This document shows positions 24,048 to 36,265 of a DNA stretch of 64,000 nt, in pieces. Position 1 is the stretch's first letter. Every line of letters starts with the position of its first letter. The position numbers and the translations under genes were made by a program. The DNA is from Thiotrichales bacterium (GTDB taxonomy: Bacteria > Pseudomonadota > Gammaproteobacteria > UWMA-0217), in contig JBHJOI010000032.1 of assembly GCA_050329935.1 (NCBI GenBank), forward strand, positions 61,350 through 125,349, in the 5' to 3' direction. The notes below the pieces were generated by a model, which was not told the DNA's origin, searched no databases, and saw nothing but the letters and a program-made list of their open reading frames with translations.

Positions 24048-24905
24048 ATGGCAGGCGCCAAAGAGATTCGCACCAAGATCAAGAGTATTAAGAGTACTCA
24101 GAAGATCACCAAGGCCATGGAGATGGTTGCAGCCTCCAAAATGCGGAAAGCCCAGGACCGAATGGCTGCGTCCAAACCGTATGCGCAAAAGATTCGGACC
24201 GTCATCAGTCACTTGGCGATGGCCCATCCCGAATACAAGCACCCTTATCTGATTGAACGCGAGGTCAAGCGAATTGGGGTCATCGTGGTCTCCACGGACA
24301 GGGGTTTGTGCGGCGGCCTGAACATCAACCTCTTCAAGAAGGCCGTGATCGCGGTGAAAGAGTGGCGCGAGCAAGGCAAAGAGGTCGAATTTTGCCTGAT
24401 CGGAACCAAGGCGCAGGGATTTTTCAAACGCCTTGGCGACATACGCTCCACGGTAACCCATCTCGGCGATGTGCCTCATGTCGATGACCTGATCGGTACC
24501 ATCAAGGTCATGCTTGACGCGTACGAGGCGGGTGCCATCGATCGCATCTACTTGGTTGAGAACGAGTTCGTCAATACGATGACTCAGCAGGCAAGAATTT
24601 CGACGCTGGTGCCTATCGAAGCCTCCGGCGAGGACGAATTGAAGCATTACTGGGACTATATCTACGAACCTGATTCGAAAGAGGTTCTCGATGGTCTGCT
24701 AACGCGCTATGTGGAGTCCGTCGTCTATCAGGCCGTCGTAGAAAACGTTGCCTGCGAAATGGCGGCTCGCATGGTGGCGATGAAAAGCGCGTCGGACAAC
24801 GCCGGTGAGCTTATTAATGAGCTACAGCTGATGTACAACAAGGCACGTCAGGCGGCGATCACGCAGGAAATCTCCGAAATCGTGGGCGGCGCCGCAGCCG
24901 TCTAG
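24048..24905 (+). CDS. atpG: F0F1 ATP synthase subunit gamma
   Basis: 285 aa; [36 protein letters not shown]. Confidence 0.95.
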   Translation: MAGAKEIRTKIKSIKSTQKITKAMEMVAASKMRKAQDRMAASKPYAQKIRTVISHLAMAHPEYKHPYLIEREVKRIGVIVVSTDRGLCGGLNINLFKKAVIAVKEWREQGKEVEFCLIGTKAQGFFKRLGDIRSTVTHLGDVPHVDDLIGTIKVMLDAYEAGAIDRIYLVENEFVNTMTQQARISTLVPIEASGEDELKHYWDYIYEPDSKEVLDGLLTRYVESVVYQAVVENVACEMAARMVAMKSASDNAGELINELQLMYNKARQAAITQEISEIVGGAAAV

Positions 24906-26327
<1,422 letters not shown>

Positions 26328-26347
26328 AAACAGGCTCGGAATTCGTT

Positions 26348-26773
26348 ATGGCTATGACCATGCATGTCGAGATCGTCTCCGCCGAAGCCGCGATCTATTC
26401 GGGTACGGCCGAGGAGGTCATCGCGCCGGCAGAAATGGGAGAGATTGGCATCCTCCCCCGCCACGCGCAGCTCGTGACTCGGCTAAAACCGGGCGAGGTA
26501 CGCATCAAGGTGCCCGGCGATCAGGATTTCATCCACGTATTTGTTAGCGGTGGAATTCTTGAAATTCAACCTCATGTTGTCACGGTGTTGGCGGATACCG
26601 GCATCCGCGCCGAGGATCTGGACGAAGCCAAAGCCCTTGAGGCAAAGCAGCGCGCGGAAGAGGCGTTACGCAACCGGCAGACCGGTATCGACTACGCGCG
26701 CGCTCAAGCGGAATTGATTGAAGCAGCGGCGCAGCTGCAGTTGATCGCGAAACTCCGAAAGCGTCTCAAATAG
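26348..26773 (+). CDS. atpC: F0F1 ATP synthase subunit epsilon
   Basis: 141 aa; epsilon family. Confidence 0.95.
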   Translation: MAMTMHVEIVSAEAAIYSGTAEEVIAPAEMGEIGILPRHAQLVTRLKPGEVRIKVPGDQDFIHVFVSGGILEIQPHVVTVLADTGIRAEDLDEAKALEAKQRAEEALRNRQTGIDYARAQAELIEAAAQLQLIAKLRKRLK

Positions 26774-26811
26774 TTCGTCTTGCCGCGGTAAACTGTGAAG
26801 CGAGTTCAAAA

Positions 26812-26835
26812 GGCAGCACGCGCTGCCTTTTTTTA
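26812..26835 (+). terminator. rho-independent terminator of the atp operon
   Basis: ggcagc-acgc-gctgcc stem-loop followed by TTTTTTT. Confidence 0.75.
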
Positions 26836-26886
26836 TCTTCACCCGATGTAAAATGGCGGCCTTTCGATCGTAAGGGAATCCCCGTC

Positions 26887-28248
26887 ATGAGTCTGGGAAT
26901 CGTGATACTCGCCGCCGGGCAAGGTACCCGCATGCGCTCCGAGCGGCCCAAGGTTCTGCATGAACTTGCGGGCGCCCCATTGCTAGAACACGTCATCAAC
27001 ACCTGTCGCGCACTGGCGCCAGAGCAAATCTGTATCGTTGTTGGCCATGGGTCGGATCTTGTGCGCGATGCGATTCGCGGCGACTACGATTGGGTACTGC
27101 AGTCGCAGCAACTGGGAACCGGCCACGCGTTGCAGCAAGCCATGCCACACTTGAACACCGAGCGCATTTTGGTGGTGTATGGCGACGTACCTCTGCTCCG
27201 AGCCGATACCCTGCGTCCGCTGCTCGAAACGCTCAAACCTGGCGATCTCGCGCTGCTGACTGTGGATCTGACAGACCCACGCGGCTATGGTCGAATCGTT
27301 CGCGACCCAACCGGGCGGGTACGTGGCATCGTTGAAGAAAAAGACGCGTCACCCGAGATCAAGGAGATCACGGAGGGAAACACCGGGGTCATGTGCGCGC
27401 ATCGCGCTGATTTCGCGCGCTGGCTGTCGCGGCTGGACAACAATAACGCGCAGGGCGAGTATTACCTGACGGATTGCGTCGCGCATTGCGTGGCGGACGA
27501 TGGACAGATTCTAGCCATCAAAGCCGCGAGCGAACTCGAAGTGAGCGGCGTGAATACCAAGAAGCACCTCGAGGCCCTTGAGCGCGCCTACCAATTGAGC
27601 CAGGCGGACGCCTTGCTTGAACAAGCCGTCGGACTCGCCGATCGCCATCGGATCGATATCCGAGGTCGGGTAACCACTGGGCGTGACGTCTTCATAGACA
27701 TCAACTGCGTACTGGTCGGCGAGGTCCAATTAGGGGATGGTGTTCGCATCGGACCGAATTGCGTGATCAAGGATTCGCGTTTGGGGGATGGGGTCGAGGT
27801 ACTTCCCAATACCCTGATCGAGACGTCGGTCATTGGCAATGACTGCACCGTAGGACCCTTCGCTCGCATCAGACCGGGTACGGAGCTGGCGCAAGGGGTC
27901 AAGGTCGGCAACTTCGTCGAGATCAAGAAAAGCCAGGTCGGGATCGGTAGCAAGGTCAATCACCTCAGCTACATCGGTGACGCGACGATTGGCGCCGGTG
28001 TTAACGTCGGCGCCGGCACGATTACCTGTAATTACGATGGCGCTAATAAGCACCGTACCGTGATCGAGGATGCGGTATTCGTTGGCTCCAACACCGCGCT
28101 TGTCGCGCCCGTTCGCGTCGGCCAAGGCGCTACGATCGGGGCTGGTTCGGTCGTCACCAAGGATGCTCCGGCGAGTAAGCTGACGGTGGCGCGCGGGCGT
28201 CAGACGACCATTGAACACTGGGAAAGACCGGTAAAGAGGAAAAGCTGA
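26887..28248 (+). CDS. glmU: bifunctional GlcNAc-1-P uridyltransferase / GlcN-1-P acetyltransferase
   Basis: 453 aa; LAAGQGTRM nucleotidyltransferase motif plus C-terminal LbH hexapeptide repeats. Confidence 0.95.
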   Translation: MSLGIVILAAGQGTRMRSERPKVLHELAGAPLLEHVINTCRALAPEQICIVVGHGSDLVRDAIRGDYDWVLQSQQLGTGHALQQAMPHLNTERILVVYGDVPLLRADTLRPLLETLKPGDLALLTVDLTDPRGYGRIVRDPTGRVRGIVEEKDASPEIKEITEGNTGVMCAHRADFARWLSRLDNNNAQGEYYLTDCVAHCVADDGQILAIKAASELEVSGVNTKKHLEALERAYQLSQADALLEQAVGLADRHRIDIRGRVTTGRDVFIDINCVLVGEVQLGDGVRIGPNCVIKDSRLGDGVEVLPNTLIETSVIGNDCTVGPFARIRPGTELAQGVKVGNFVEIKKSQVGIGSKVNHLSYIGDATIGAGVNVGAGTITCNYDGANKHRTVIEDAVFVGSNTALVAPVRVGQGATIGAGSVVTKDAPASKLTVARGRQTTIEHWERPVKRKS

Positions 28249-28249
28249 T

Positions 28250-30082
28250 ATGTGTGGAATAGTTGGCGGTGTCGCCCAAAGGGATGTCTATCCGATACTG
28301 CTCGAAGGGCTGCGGCGACTTGAGTATCGCGGCTACGATTCGTCGGGGCTCGCGGTTGTGCCACAGAGCGGTACGCTCACGCGTTATCGCCGACTGGGTA
28401 AGGTCGCCGAACTCGAGGCGGCGCTGAAGGCCGATCCGCTGCCCGGGGGACTCGGCATTGCTCATACTCGATGGGCAACCCACGGCGTGCCATCGGAGCG
28501 CAATGCACACCCGCATATCTGCGATCGCACAATCGCCGTGGTCCATAACGGCATCATCGAAAACCATGAGTTTCTGCGTGAGGTTCAGCGAGATCGCGGT
28601 TTCCGTTTCACATCGGAGACCGATACCGAGGTCGTTGCACATCAGGTCATGCACTACGTACGCCAAACCGGCGACCTGTTGAGCGCAGTGCAACTCGCGG
28701 TCAAGGACTTTCGAGGCGCCTATGCATTGGGCGTGGTTTCGCAGGAACATCCCGACACGCTGATTGCCGCGCGGGAAGGCAGTCCACTGGTGATTGGTCT
28801 CGGTATCGGCGAGAACTTTATCGCCTCGGACGTCCAGGCATTGCTGCCCGTCACGCATCGCTTCATTTACCTGGAAAATGGCGATATCGCGCGCATCACT
28901 CGACACGCGGTCGAGGTGTTCGACCGCGACATGCAGCCCGTTCGCCGTGAAGTCAAAACCAGTACCTTGAATGCTGGTGCGACCGATCGTGCGGGTTACA
29001 AGCATTTCATGCTGAAGGAGATCCATGAGCAGCCCGAGGCGATCCGCGCGACCGCCGAAGGCCGGATATCTGGCGACGATGTGATGGAGCAGGTCTTCGG
29101 CGTCAAGAGCAACGAGTTGTTCGATCGGGTCAAGAATGTCCAGATTGTTGCCTGCGGTACCAGCTACCATGCCGGTTTAGTTGGCAAATATTGGATGGAG
29201 GCCCTCGCCGAGGTTCCCTGTCAAGTCGAAGTCGCCAGCGAGTTTCGATATCGTAAGACCTTGGTGCCCGCCGACACTCTGTTTGTCACGATTTCGCAAT
29301 CGGGGGAGACGGCTGACACCTTGGCTGCATTGATGCAGGCGCGCCAGCGCGGCTACCTCGGTACGCTCACCATCTGCAACGTGCCGGAAAGTTCCTTGGT
29401 TCGAGAATCGGATCTCAGTCTGATGACGCTTGCGGGACCGGAAATCGGCGTTGCGTCGACGAAGGCTTTCACTACGCAGCTCGTTGCGCTGTTGATCATG
29501 GTGCTCGCGATTGCCAAGCGAAAAGGTGTCGCACGCGAGACGATCGCGGACTCGGTAGCAGCGTTACAACAACTGCCGCGCTTTGTCGAAGCCGCGCTTG
29601 AAAGCGATGCCGTTATCGAGCGCTTGTGCGAACAATTCGTAGACAAGCAGCACGCGCTGTTCCTGGGGCGTGGAGTCGAGTTTCCGATCGCGATGGAAGG
29701 CGCCCTCAAGCTCAAGGAGATTTCATATATTCACGCCGAAGCTTATCCGGCAGGGGAACTTAAGCATGGTCCGCTCGCACTCGTCGATGAGAACATGCCG
29801 GTCGTGACGGTCGCACCGAACAACGAGCTGTTGGAAAAGTTGCGTTCCAATCTTGAGGAGGTTCGAGCGCGTGGCGGTCGTCTCTATGTATTCGCGCCGG
29901 CGCAATCGGGATTCGTGGACAGTGAAGGCGTAACTGTTGTACTGACGCCGCACGTGCCCAATATCATTGCGCCCATCGTAAACGTGGTGTTTTTGCAGCT
30001 TCTTGCGTACCACACCGCCGTGCTTAAGGGTACCGACGTCGATCAGCCACGCAACCTGGCAAAAAGCGTCACCGTAGAATAA
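28250..30082 (+). CDS. glmS: glutamine--fructose-6-phosphate aminotransferase
   Basis: MCGIVG... Ntn amidotransferase plus two SIS domains; 610 aa. Confidence 0.95.
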   Translation: MCGIVGGVAQRDVYPILLEGLRRLEYRGYDSSGLAVVPQSGTLTRYRRLGKVAELEAALKADPLPGGLGIAHTRWATHGVPSERNAHPHICDRTIAVVHNGIIENHEFLREVQRDRGFRFTSETDTEVVAHQVMHYVRQTGDLLSAVQLAVKDFRGAYALGVVSQEHPDTLIAAREGSPLVIGLGIGENFIASDVQALLPVTHRFIYLENGDIARITRHAVEVFDRDMQPVRREVKTSTLNAGATDRAGYKHFMLKEIHEQPEAIRATAEGRISGDDVMEQVFGVKSNELFDRVKNVQIVACGTSYHAGLVGKYWMEALAEVPCQVEVASEFRYRKTLVPADTLFVTISQSGETADTLAALMQARQRGYLGTLTICNVPESSLVRESDLSLMTLAGPEIGVASTKAFTTQLVALLIMVLAIAKRKGVARETIADSVAALQQLPRFVEAALESDAVIERLCEQFVDKQHALFLGRGVEFPIAMEGALKLKEISYIHAEAYPAGELKHGPLALVDENMPVVTVAPNNELLEKLRSNLEEVRARGGRLYVFAPAQSGFVDSEGVTVVLTPHVPNIIAPIVNVVFLQLLAYHTAVLKGTDVDQPRNLAKSVTVE

Positions 30083-30285
30083 GCACCCACCTGCGCCTGC
30101 GGGTAAATGCCGCGATTGGCGGCTTGCCTGCAGGCAACGCTTCGTTCGTTCCCAATCGAGACCTCGTTCGTCGCAAACGCGTCACTGCCCCGGTTTAGAG
30201 CGCTATTCGCGTATCCTTTCGAACGAGTAGGTATAGGCGTCGAATTTTTTGGCGCGTCGCGATACCGAGGGAATGAGTCGACCCG

Positions 30286-30645
30286 CTAGCGGGTCGAGCT
30301 CTTGTGCTCGAGGTATTGCACAATCCGAGTGATGCCTTGGGGCGTTTTGACAAGCTCTCGGGGTATAGCCTCGAGCCGTGGCTCAAGGTGATTGAACCAG
30401 TGTCGCGCGCTGCTGAGATCACCGTCAAAAACGCAGTCCAGCGCCCGATTCATGCGGATCAATAGAAGTCGGCAGGCGGTGTCGGTAATGGCGCCGCTTG
30501 CTGATTCCGCGCATCGTGAAGTGGATTGCGACGCCTGCAAGAGTACGATCAGTTCCATCGAGGGAATGCCGATACAGCAGGCTGCTCGAAACGAAGCCAC
30601 TGATAAAAGGGCATCGGGGTCGAGGTCAACGGTCATTGCTTCCAT
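30286..30645 (-). CDS. hypothetical protein (119 aa, soluble; no family recognised)
   Basis: GC3-biased ORF, the only plausible reading frame in the 0.85-kb glmS-distal spacer. Its stop TAG is the centre of a 20-bp perfect palindrome. Weak SD. Confidence 0.35.
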   Translation of the reverse strand: MEAMTVDLDPDALLSVASFRAACCIGIPSMELIVLLQASQSTSRCAESASGAITDTACRLLLIRMNRALDCVFDGDLSSARHWFNHLEPRLEAIPRELVKTPQGITRIVQYLEHKSSTR

Positions 30646-30929
30646 GACTAGTCCGATAAAAGCGATAGGGTATATCGGATTTTAGGTGATCGTGGCGCGC
30701 TCGCGCTGCGAGCGACGGCGCCTTTCAGGCGCAACCAAAAGCAATAAGTTTGTCGGAGTGCTCGGCAGTGCCATCGAGATAAGGTACCTGACGGTTCGCG
30801 CGCTGGCTGCCAAGCGGGTTGGCAGCCGACCTTTTGTTTACGCGTCCGGCAACTGGAAAGAACAGGCGCTGCCTCCGGCGCCGAAAGTTCCCGTGGCGCG
30901 GAGGTGTGAACAGCAGACGGATCGGAGGT

Positions 30930-31490
30930 TTAGGTTCGGCTGAGAGATGCTTCTACCTGCGCCGCGACACTCGGTCCGCGCAGTTGTCTGATCAACTCGA
31001 GCGTAAAATCTATCGCCGTTCCCGGGCCACGAGACGTAATAACGTTTCCGTCGATCTCAACGGCCGCGTGACTCAAGGTGGTCGAAGCCAGGCCAAGAGG
31101 CTCCAATACGCCCGGATAAGCGGTGGCCGTGCGGTCTTTGAGAACGCCAGCGGCCGCCAACGCCTTGGGCGCCGCGCAGATGGCGGCGGTGAACCGCCCC
31201 GACGCGCTAAATCGCTGCAGCAAGTCGATAATACGCGGATCATCGCGCAAATGATCCGCGCCGGGCAGTCCTCCAGGCAGCGCGATCATGTCGAAATCCT
31301 GGTTCAGGACAAGGTCCAGTGTCGCATCCGGTACCAGAACGGTGCCGCGCGCACCTCTAACGGACCCGTCGTCGAGCAATGACGCGGTGACCACATCAAC
31401 GCCCGCGCGCCGAAGCAAGTCGATCATCGTCACCGCTTCGAGTTCCTCGAATCCGCTTGCAAGCGGTATCAGCACCCTGGCCATGAACAA
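30930..31490 (-). CDS. DJ-1/PfpI (ThiJ/YajL-like) family protein
   Basis: ...IALPGG..., class I glutamine amidotransferase-like fold with the conserved Cys in AICAAP. Confidence 0.85.
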   Translation of the reverse strand: MFMARVLIPLASGFEELEAVTMIDLLRRAGVDVVTASLLDDGSVRGARGTVLVPDATLDLVLNQDFDMIALPGGLPGADHLRDDPRIIDLLQRFSASGRFTAAICAAPKALAAAGVLKDRTATAYPGVLEPLGLASTTLSHAAVEIDGNVITSRGPGTAIDFTLELIRQLRGPSVAAQVEASLSRT

Positions 31491-31508
31491 CGTCTCCGCT
31501 CGAATTGC

Positions 31509-32846
31509 TTATCTCTTTGAGATGATAGCCAAGCCCTTCAACAAGTTGAGCGCTTCGTACAGTTCGTAATCCTCCTGAGCGAGCGTCGTGGAGCTTGCCG
31601 TCGTCTCCGACTCGTCCTTGGTTGCCTCCTTGGCGACGTCCTTGGCCGAGCCAGATCCGCCGTTCTTCAAGTGGCCGCTGAGATTGGCTTCCTTGATCGG
31701 ATCGACACCAGAATCGGTACGCTTCGCGAGCTCGAGCGATTCGAGCTGGATATCAGGTTCAATGCCCTCGGCCTGGATCGATCGACCCGATGGGGTAAAG
31801 TAGCGTGCAGTGGTCAGTTTGAGCGCATTGTCCTCCTTCAGCGGCAGGATTGTTTGCACCGATCCCTTGCCGAATGTTTTGGAGACGCCGACGATTACCG
31901 CCCGCTTATGATCTTGCAGCGCTCCAGCAACGATTTCGGACGCGGACGCCGAGCCTGAGTTGACTAGAACGACGATCGGCGCGCCTTCCAACACGTCGCC
32001 CGGCGTGGCGTCGTACCGCATTTTCGAATCGGCTACTCGCCCTTCGGTGTAGACCACGAGCCCACTGTCGAGAAACGCATCGGCGACGCCGACCGCGGCA
32101 TTTAATACGCCGCCGGGGTTATTTCGCAGATCAAGAATCAGGCCCTTCAATGCCCCTTTCTCGTCCGCCTTGACCTTCTCAACGATTTCATTAAGTGAAT
32201 CCACGGTCTTCGACTGGAAGTTTGTGATGCGAATATAGGCGTAACCGGCTTCGAGTGGTCGTGTTTTGACGCTCTCGACGCGGATAATGTCACGGACGAT
32301 CGTGATCTTGAGTGGTTTGTCCTCACCCTCGCGTACAACCGTCAACACAATCGGCGTACCTTTCTTACCGCGCATCGTATTGACCGCTTCTTGCAGCGTC
32401 ATGCCCTTGACCGGCGTATCGTCGAGGCGAATGATCAAATCACCTGCCTTGATACCCGCGCGTTGCGCCGGCGTATCGTCAATCGGCGATATCACCTTGA
32501 CGAACCCATCCTCCATGCCAACTTCGATCCCGAGACCACCGAATTCACCCGTGGTACCGATTTGAAGATCGCGGAACTCCTCCTTGTTGAGGTAGGACGA
32601 ATGTGGGTCGAGGCCGGTCAGCATGCCTCGTATCGCAAACTCGATCAGCGTCTTGTCCTCTACGTCTTCGACGTAATCGTTTTTGATCCGCGCATAGACA
32701 TCGGAGAAAATCCGCAATTCCTCAAGTGGCAACGGCTGCAACGCGACAGGCTTTTCCGCGACGACGTTGTAAACGGTACCCAGCGGCAGGCCAAGGGCGA
32801 CACCCAACAGCAAACCCAACCCGATGCGCGACCTTGATTTCATCAA
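31509..32846 (-). CDS. ctpA: carboxy-terminal processing protease (S41)
   Basis: Signal peptide, PDZ (GIKAGDLII) and S41 domains; 445 aa. Confidence 0.9.
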   Translation of the reverse strand: MMKSRSRIGLGLLLGVALGLPLGTVYNVVAEKPVALQPLPLEELRIFSDVYARIKNDYVEDVEDKTLIEFAIRGMLTGLDPHSSYLNKEEFRDLQIGTTGEFGGLGIEVGMEDGFVKVISPIDDTPAQRAGIKAGDLIIRLDDTPVKGMTLQEAVNTMRGKKGTPIVLTVVREGEDKPLKITIVRDIIRVESVKTRPLEAGYAYIRITNFQSKTVDSLNEIVEKVKADEKGALKGLILDLRNNPGGVLNAAVGVADAFLDSGLVVYTEGRVADSKMRYDATPGDVLEGAPIVVLVNSGSASASEIVAGALQDHKRAVIVGVSKTFGKGSVQTILPLKEDNALKLTTARYFTPSGRSIQAEGIEPDIQLESLELAKRTDSGVDPIKEANLSGHLKNGGSGSAKDVAKEATKDESETTASSTTLAQEDYELYEALNLLKGLAIISKR

Positions 32847-32937
32847 TGAGCTCCTTGAAAGACAGATATCGCCGAAACGTTCATAGGTTAAAGTGTATCA
32901 CTAGTGTTCCAATTGAAGTGTGAAGCGCCACCGAACT

Positions 32938-34161
32938 CTAGCCCCGAACGCACCAAACGAACGGATCGAGCGCCTTGGTGTTTTCACGAATTTCGAAATA
33001 AACGCCCGCTTCGGATTGCCCGCCGCTACGCCCGGCGGTCGCGATGACGGCGCCCGCTTTGACCTGATCGCCACGTTTGACAAGCAACGCTTCATTGTGA
33101 CCATACAGAGACAAATAACCGGAGCCGTGGTTGACGATCGCCAGCCATCCCAGCCCCCGCATCCAATCCGCGAATACCACCTGTCCCTCACCAATCGCTC
33201 GAACATCGACCCCTTCATCCGTCTTGATCTTTACACCACTCGCGTACTGAACCAATTTGCCCTTGGCGGGCCAAGGTAGCTTTCCTTTGAATTTCGCGAA
33301 CGGTGAGTCGCCGTCAAAGGGTAAGCCCTTGCCGTCAGCTTGACGTTTCTGGGCGTCCGCGCGCAGCTGCTTCAATAGGTCGTTCAATGCTTGTCGGTCA
33401 GCGTTGAGCTGATTGATACCGCTCTGCGTGTTGCCCAGCTCGCGCTTAAGACTTGCGACAAGCTCGGCCTGTTTGGCTTTTTGCGCCTTGAACGCCTGCT
33501 GTTGCGCCCGATGGGCCTGTTGCTCTCGCGTGAGCGTCTCTTGCGTGGTTTGAATCTCATCGGTGATTCGATCCAGCTCCACAGTCTGTTCGCGCAAAAG
33601 CCGTACCTTGCGCTCTCGCGCCCCCTGGAGGTAATGCAGATTGGCCTGGGTACGCAGAAACTCATTCAACCGTCGGGGTTCCAGTACTGCTTGCCATTGC
33701 ACCAGCTGGCCCGAGCGAAACAATGCCGCCAGATGCTGCCCGAGCAACGCCTTGTGTTGTTCGATGTGCGCCACGTGATCCTTGCGCCGAGTTTCCAAAC
33801 GCTTGAGTTCGGCCTGAGACTTGTTGACCTCCCGCGTTAGCGCGCGCATGCGCGCCGCGGTCTCTGCGATCTCGCGATCAACCGCGACGACCGCCGCTTC
33901 CGTTTTACCCAAGTCGGCTTGCTGCGCGAACTGTTGACTCTTTAGCGAGCGCAGTTTTTCCACGATCGAATCGAGCTCCCTCTTGATGCTCGTCATCTTG
34001 CCATCGTCCGCGGCAAACACGGGCGTTACCGCAAGCAGTGCGGTGGCCGCGACTCGCGCGAGCAGGCGCCTCTTTCGCGAACGCACTGGCGCGGTGGATC
34101 TCCATTTTTTTGGTGGAAGCACGTGAATCAGCTTTCGATAGAGAGGTGTTTGTCTATTCAA
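32938..34161 (-). CDS. envC: murein hydrolase activator EnvC-like (coiled-coil plus M23/LytM domain)
   Basis: Long Q/A/R-rich coiled coil, then C-terminal LytM (GQVVFADWMRGLGWLAIVNHG...). The real start may be the internal GTG near 34086 (signal peptide RRLLARVAATALLAVTPVFA). Confidence 0.8.
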   Translation of the reverse strand: MNRQTPLYRKLIHVLPPKKWRSTAPVRSRKRRLLARVAATALLAVTPVFAADDGKMTSIKRELDSIVEKLRSLKSQQFAQQADLGKTEAAVVAVDREIAETAARMRALTREVNKSQAELKRLETRRKDHVAHIEQHKALLGQHLAALFRSGQLVQWQAVLEPRRLNEFLRTQANLHYLQGARERKVRLLREQTVELDRITDEIQTTQETLTREQQAHRAQQQAFKAQKAKQAELVASLKRELGNTQSGINQLNADRQALNDLLKQLRADAQKRQADGKGLPFDGDSPFAKFKGKLPWPAKGKLVQYASGVKIKTDEGVDVRAIGEGQVVFADWMRGLGWLAIVNHGSGYLSLYGHNEALLVKRGDQVKAGAVIATAGRSGGQSEAGVYFEIRENTKALDPFVWCVRG

Positions 34162-34219
34162 CTCGGCGGATTGGTTGTAATATTACTATATAGTAAAATA
34201 CATAATGAGGGTTTCGCCT

Positions 34220-34551
34220 TGATCGATCAAAAATCCGGTTGCGTCGGTTTCAGGGCCTCCGAGCTCATGAAGCGGGAAGAAGACATCGAGCGTGCCTCGC
34301 GGTCATTAAAGGCCATGTCGCATCCGTTGCGTTTGCGAATTCTATGCACGCTGGGCGATCGCGAAGTCAGCGTACAGGATATCGTCGAATGTGTCGGTAC
34401 TTCGCAAAGTAACATCTCGCAACACCTCGCAATTCTGCGCGACAAGGGTATTCTCGCGGCTCGCAAGGACGCAAACAAGGTATACTACCGAGTCGGCGAT
34501 GCGCGCACCTTGAGATTGATTGACATGATGCAAGAGGTGTTCTGCTCCTAG
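34220..34551 (+). CDS. ArsR/SmtB-family transcriptional regulator
   Basis: ...LKAMSHPLRLRILCTL...SQSNISQHLAILRDKGIL... wHTH. TTG start preceded by SD GAGGG; the ATG at 34267 is an alternative. Confidence 0.75.
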
Positions 34552-34594
34552 TCGGAGCGCATCGCGACCTCAAGTTGCGATCAAGGGTTCTTCC

Positions 34595-35020
34595 ATGCAG
34601 GAATATTTACAGTTCGCCGAGCGACATCTGTTTCTCGTGCTGGGTTTTTTTGCGTTGCTGGCGCTGACGCTTTGGACAGAGATTCGACGTCTCACGCGCA
34701 ATTTCAAGGACATAACACCGCAAGAAACCGTCAGGCTGATGAATGACGACGCGGTTTTCTTGCTCGATGTCCGCGAAGACAGCGAAATCGGTCAAGGCAC
34801 GATCGTTGGCGCCAAGCACATTCCATTGAGTGCGCTCAAGGCGCGTTTGGGCGAGCTAGATAAACTCAAGGGCAAGAAGGCGGTAGCGTTTTGCCGCTCC
34901 GGCAACAGATCGCAGCTCGCCTGCGGTATGTTGAAGAAACAGGGCTTCGAAGAAGTATATAATCTTCGGGGAGGCATTCTCGCTTGGCAATCGGATAATC
35001 TACCGCTCAAGAAGAAGTAA
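34595..35020 (+). CDS. membrane-anchored rhodanese-domain sulfurtransferase
   Basis: N-terminal TM; rhodanese active-site loop CRSGNRS. Confidence 0.8.
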   Translation: MQEYLQFAERHLFLVLGFFALLALTLWTEIRRLTRNFKDITPQETVRLMNDDAVFLLDVREDSEIGQGTIVGAKHIPLSALKARLGELDKLKGKKAVAFCRSGNRSQLACGMLKKQGFEEVYNLRGGILAWQSDNLPLKKK

Positions 35021-35022
35021 AC

Positions 35023-35280
35023 GTGCCAGCCAAAATCACGATCTACACATCCGCGTTTTGCCCCTACTGCATCTGGGCAAAGCAGCTATTGCAGCGCAAA
35101 AACGCGAGCTTCGATGAAGTGCGCGTGGATCGAGATGCCGCACAAGGCGAGCTAATGGTTCAACGTTCCGGTCGCGTGACGGTGCCGCAGATCTTTATCG
35201 GCGATTTCCATGTCGGTGGTTACGACGATTTGGCGGCGCTCGATCGTGCGGGGAAACTGGATCCGCTGTTGGCAGGATAG
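35023..35280 (+). CDS. grxC: glutaredoxin 3
   Basis: 85 aa; CPYC active site; ...VPQIFIGDFHVGGYDDL. Confidence 0.9.
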   Translation: MPAKITIYTSAFCPYCIWAKQLLQRKNASFDEVRVDRDAAQGELMVQRSGRVTVPQIFIGDFHVGGYDDLAALDRAGKLDPLLAG

Positions 35281-35282
35281 CC

Positions 35283-35726
35283 GTGGTGACGCAGGCCACG
35301 CTGGAGCTCATCTGTCCGGAGTGCCGCAAGGTCAACCGCCTACCCCGGCAACGGCTCGCAGAAAACGCGCGCTGCGGCGCTTGCCACCAGCCGCTATTCG
35401 CCGGCCGCTCGATCAACCTGGACGACCGATCGCTGCCGCGGCACATAGAGCGCGACCAGGTTCCACTCGTCGTAGACTTCTGGGCACCGTGGTGCGGCCC
35501 CTGTAAGATTATGATCCCGGTGTTCGAGCAGGCGGCTCGGGAGCTCGAACCGGCATTGCGTTTCGCGAAACTCGACACCGAAGCGCATCCGGCGGTCGCC
35601 CAAATCTTTGCCATACGCAGCATCCCATGTGTGGTGCTGTTTCGTGACGGCGCCGAACGCGCGCGTGTCTCAGGGGCAATGAACCTGACGCAGCTCAAGG
35701 CTTGGCTGCGTCAACATCTAGATTGA
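35283..35726 (+). CDS. trxC: thioredoxin 2 (N-terminal zinc finger plus WCGPC)
   Basis: CPEC...CGAC zinc-finger pair and WCGPC. Confidence 0.85.
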   Translation: MVTQATLELICPECRKVNRLPRQRLAENARCGACHQPLFAGRSINLDDRSLPRHIERDQVPLVVDFWAPWCGPCKIMIPVFEQAARELEPALRFAKLDTEAHPAVAQIFAIRSIPCVVLFRDGAERARVSGAMNLTQLKAWLRQHLD

Positions 35727-35755
35727 AATACACCAGCGATATCAAGGAACTTACC

Positions 35756-36232
35756 ATGGCCGACGCCGCACAAGATCAGCAGCCCCAAATCGTTTTCGAG
35801 ATCCAGCGCGTATACCTGAAGGATGTGTCCTGGGAAGCGCCAAACGCCCCTACTATATTCACCAAACCTTTCAAGCCGGCAACGAATGTCGATTTGAATT
35901 CAGCGTTCAAGCGCCTCGCCGAAAATGTATACGAGGTCGATATCAATCTCACCGTGACCGTCAAATCCGAAGAAGAAACGGCATACTTGGTCGAGATCAA
36001 GCAATCCGGGATATTCAGCATCGTGGGCTATCCCGACGACCAATTGGCGCAGCTGCTCGGCAGTTACTGCCCCAACATCTTGTATCCGTTCGCGCGGGAA
36101 GCGATCAGCGACCTGGTCGTCAAAGGCGGCTTCCCGCAGATGTTACTGGCGCCGATCAATTTCGACGCGTTATACCAACAGCATCTGATGGATCGACAGA
36201 AAGCGGCCGAGGCTGCGGCCGCTGCTCATTAG
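35756..36232 (+). CDS. secB: protein-export chaperone SecB
   Basis: MADAAQDQQPQIVFEIQRVYLKDVS...; SD AAGGAA; internal start within the listed ORF. Confidence 0.9.
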   Translation: MADAAQDQQPQIVFEIQRVYLKDVSWEAPNAPTIFTKPFKPATNVDLNSAFKRLAENVYEVDINLTVTVKSEEETAYLVEIKQSGIFSIVGYPDDQLAQLLGSYCPNILYPFAREAISDLVVKGGFPQMLLAPINFDALYQQHLMDRQKAAEAAAAAH

Positions 36233-36265
36233 CGCGAACAAGGCAGGAAAAGACGGGCATTCGCA

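Noticed and set aside
30686-30943. 85-aa Arg-rich plus-strand ORF overlapping the DJ-1 gene stop
   Set aside because: Composition is typical of an out-of-frame GC-rich translation, with no start signals.
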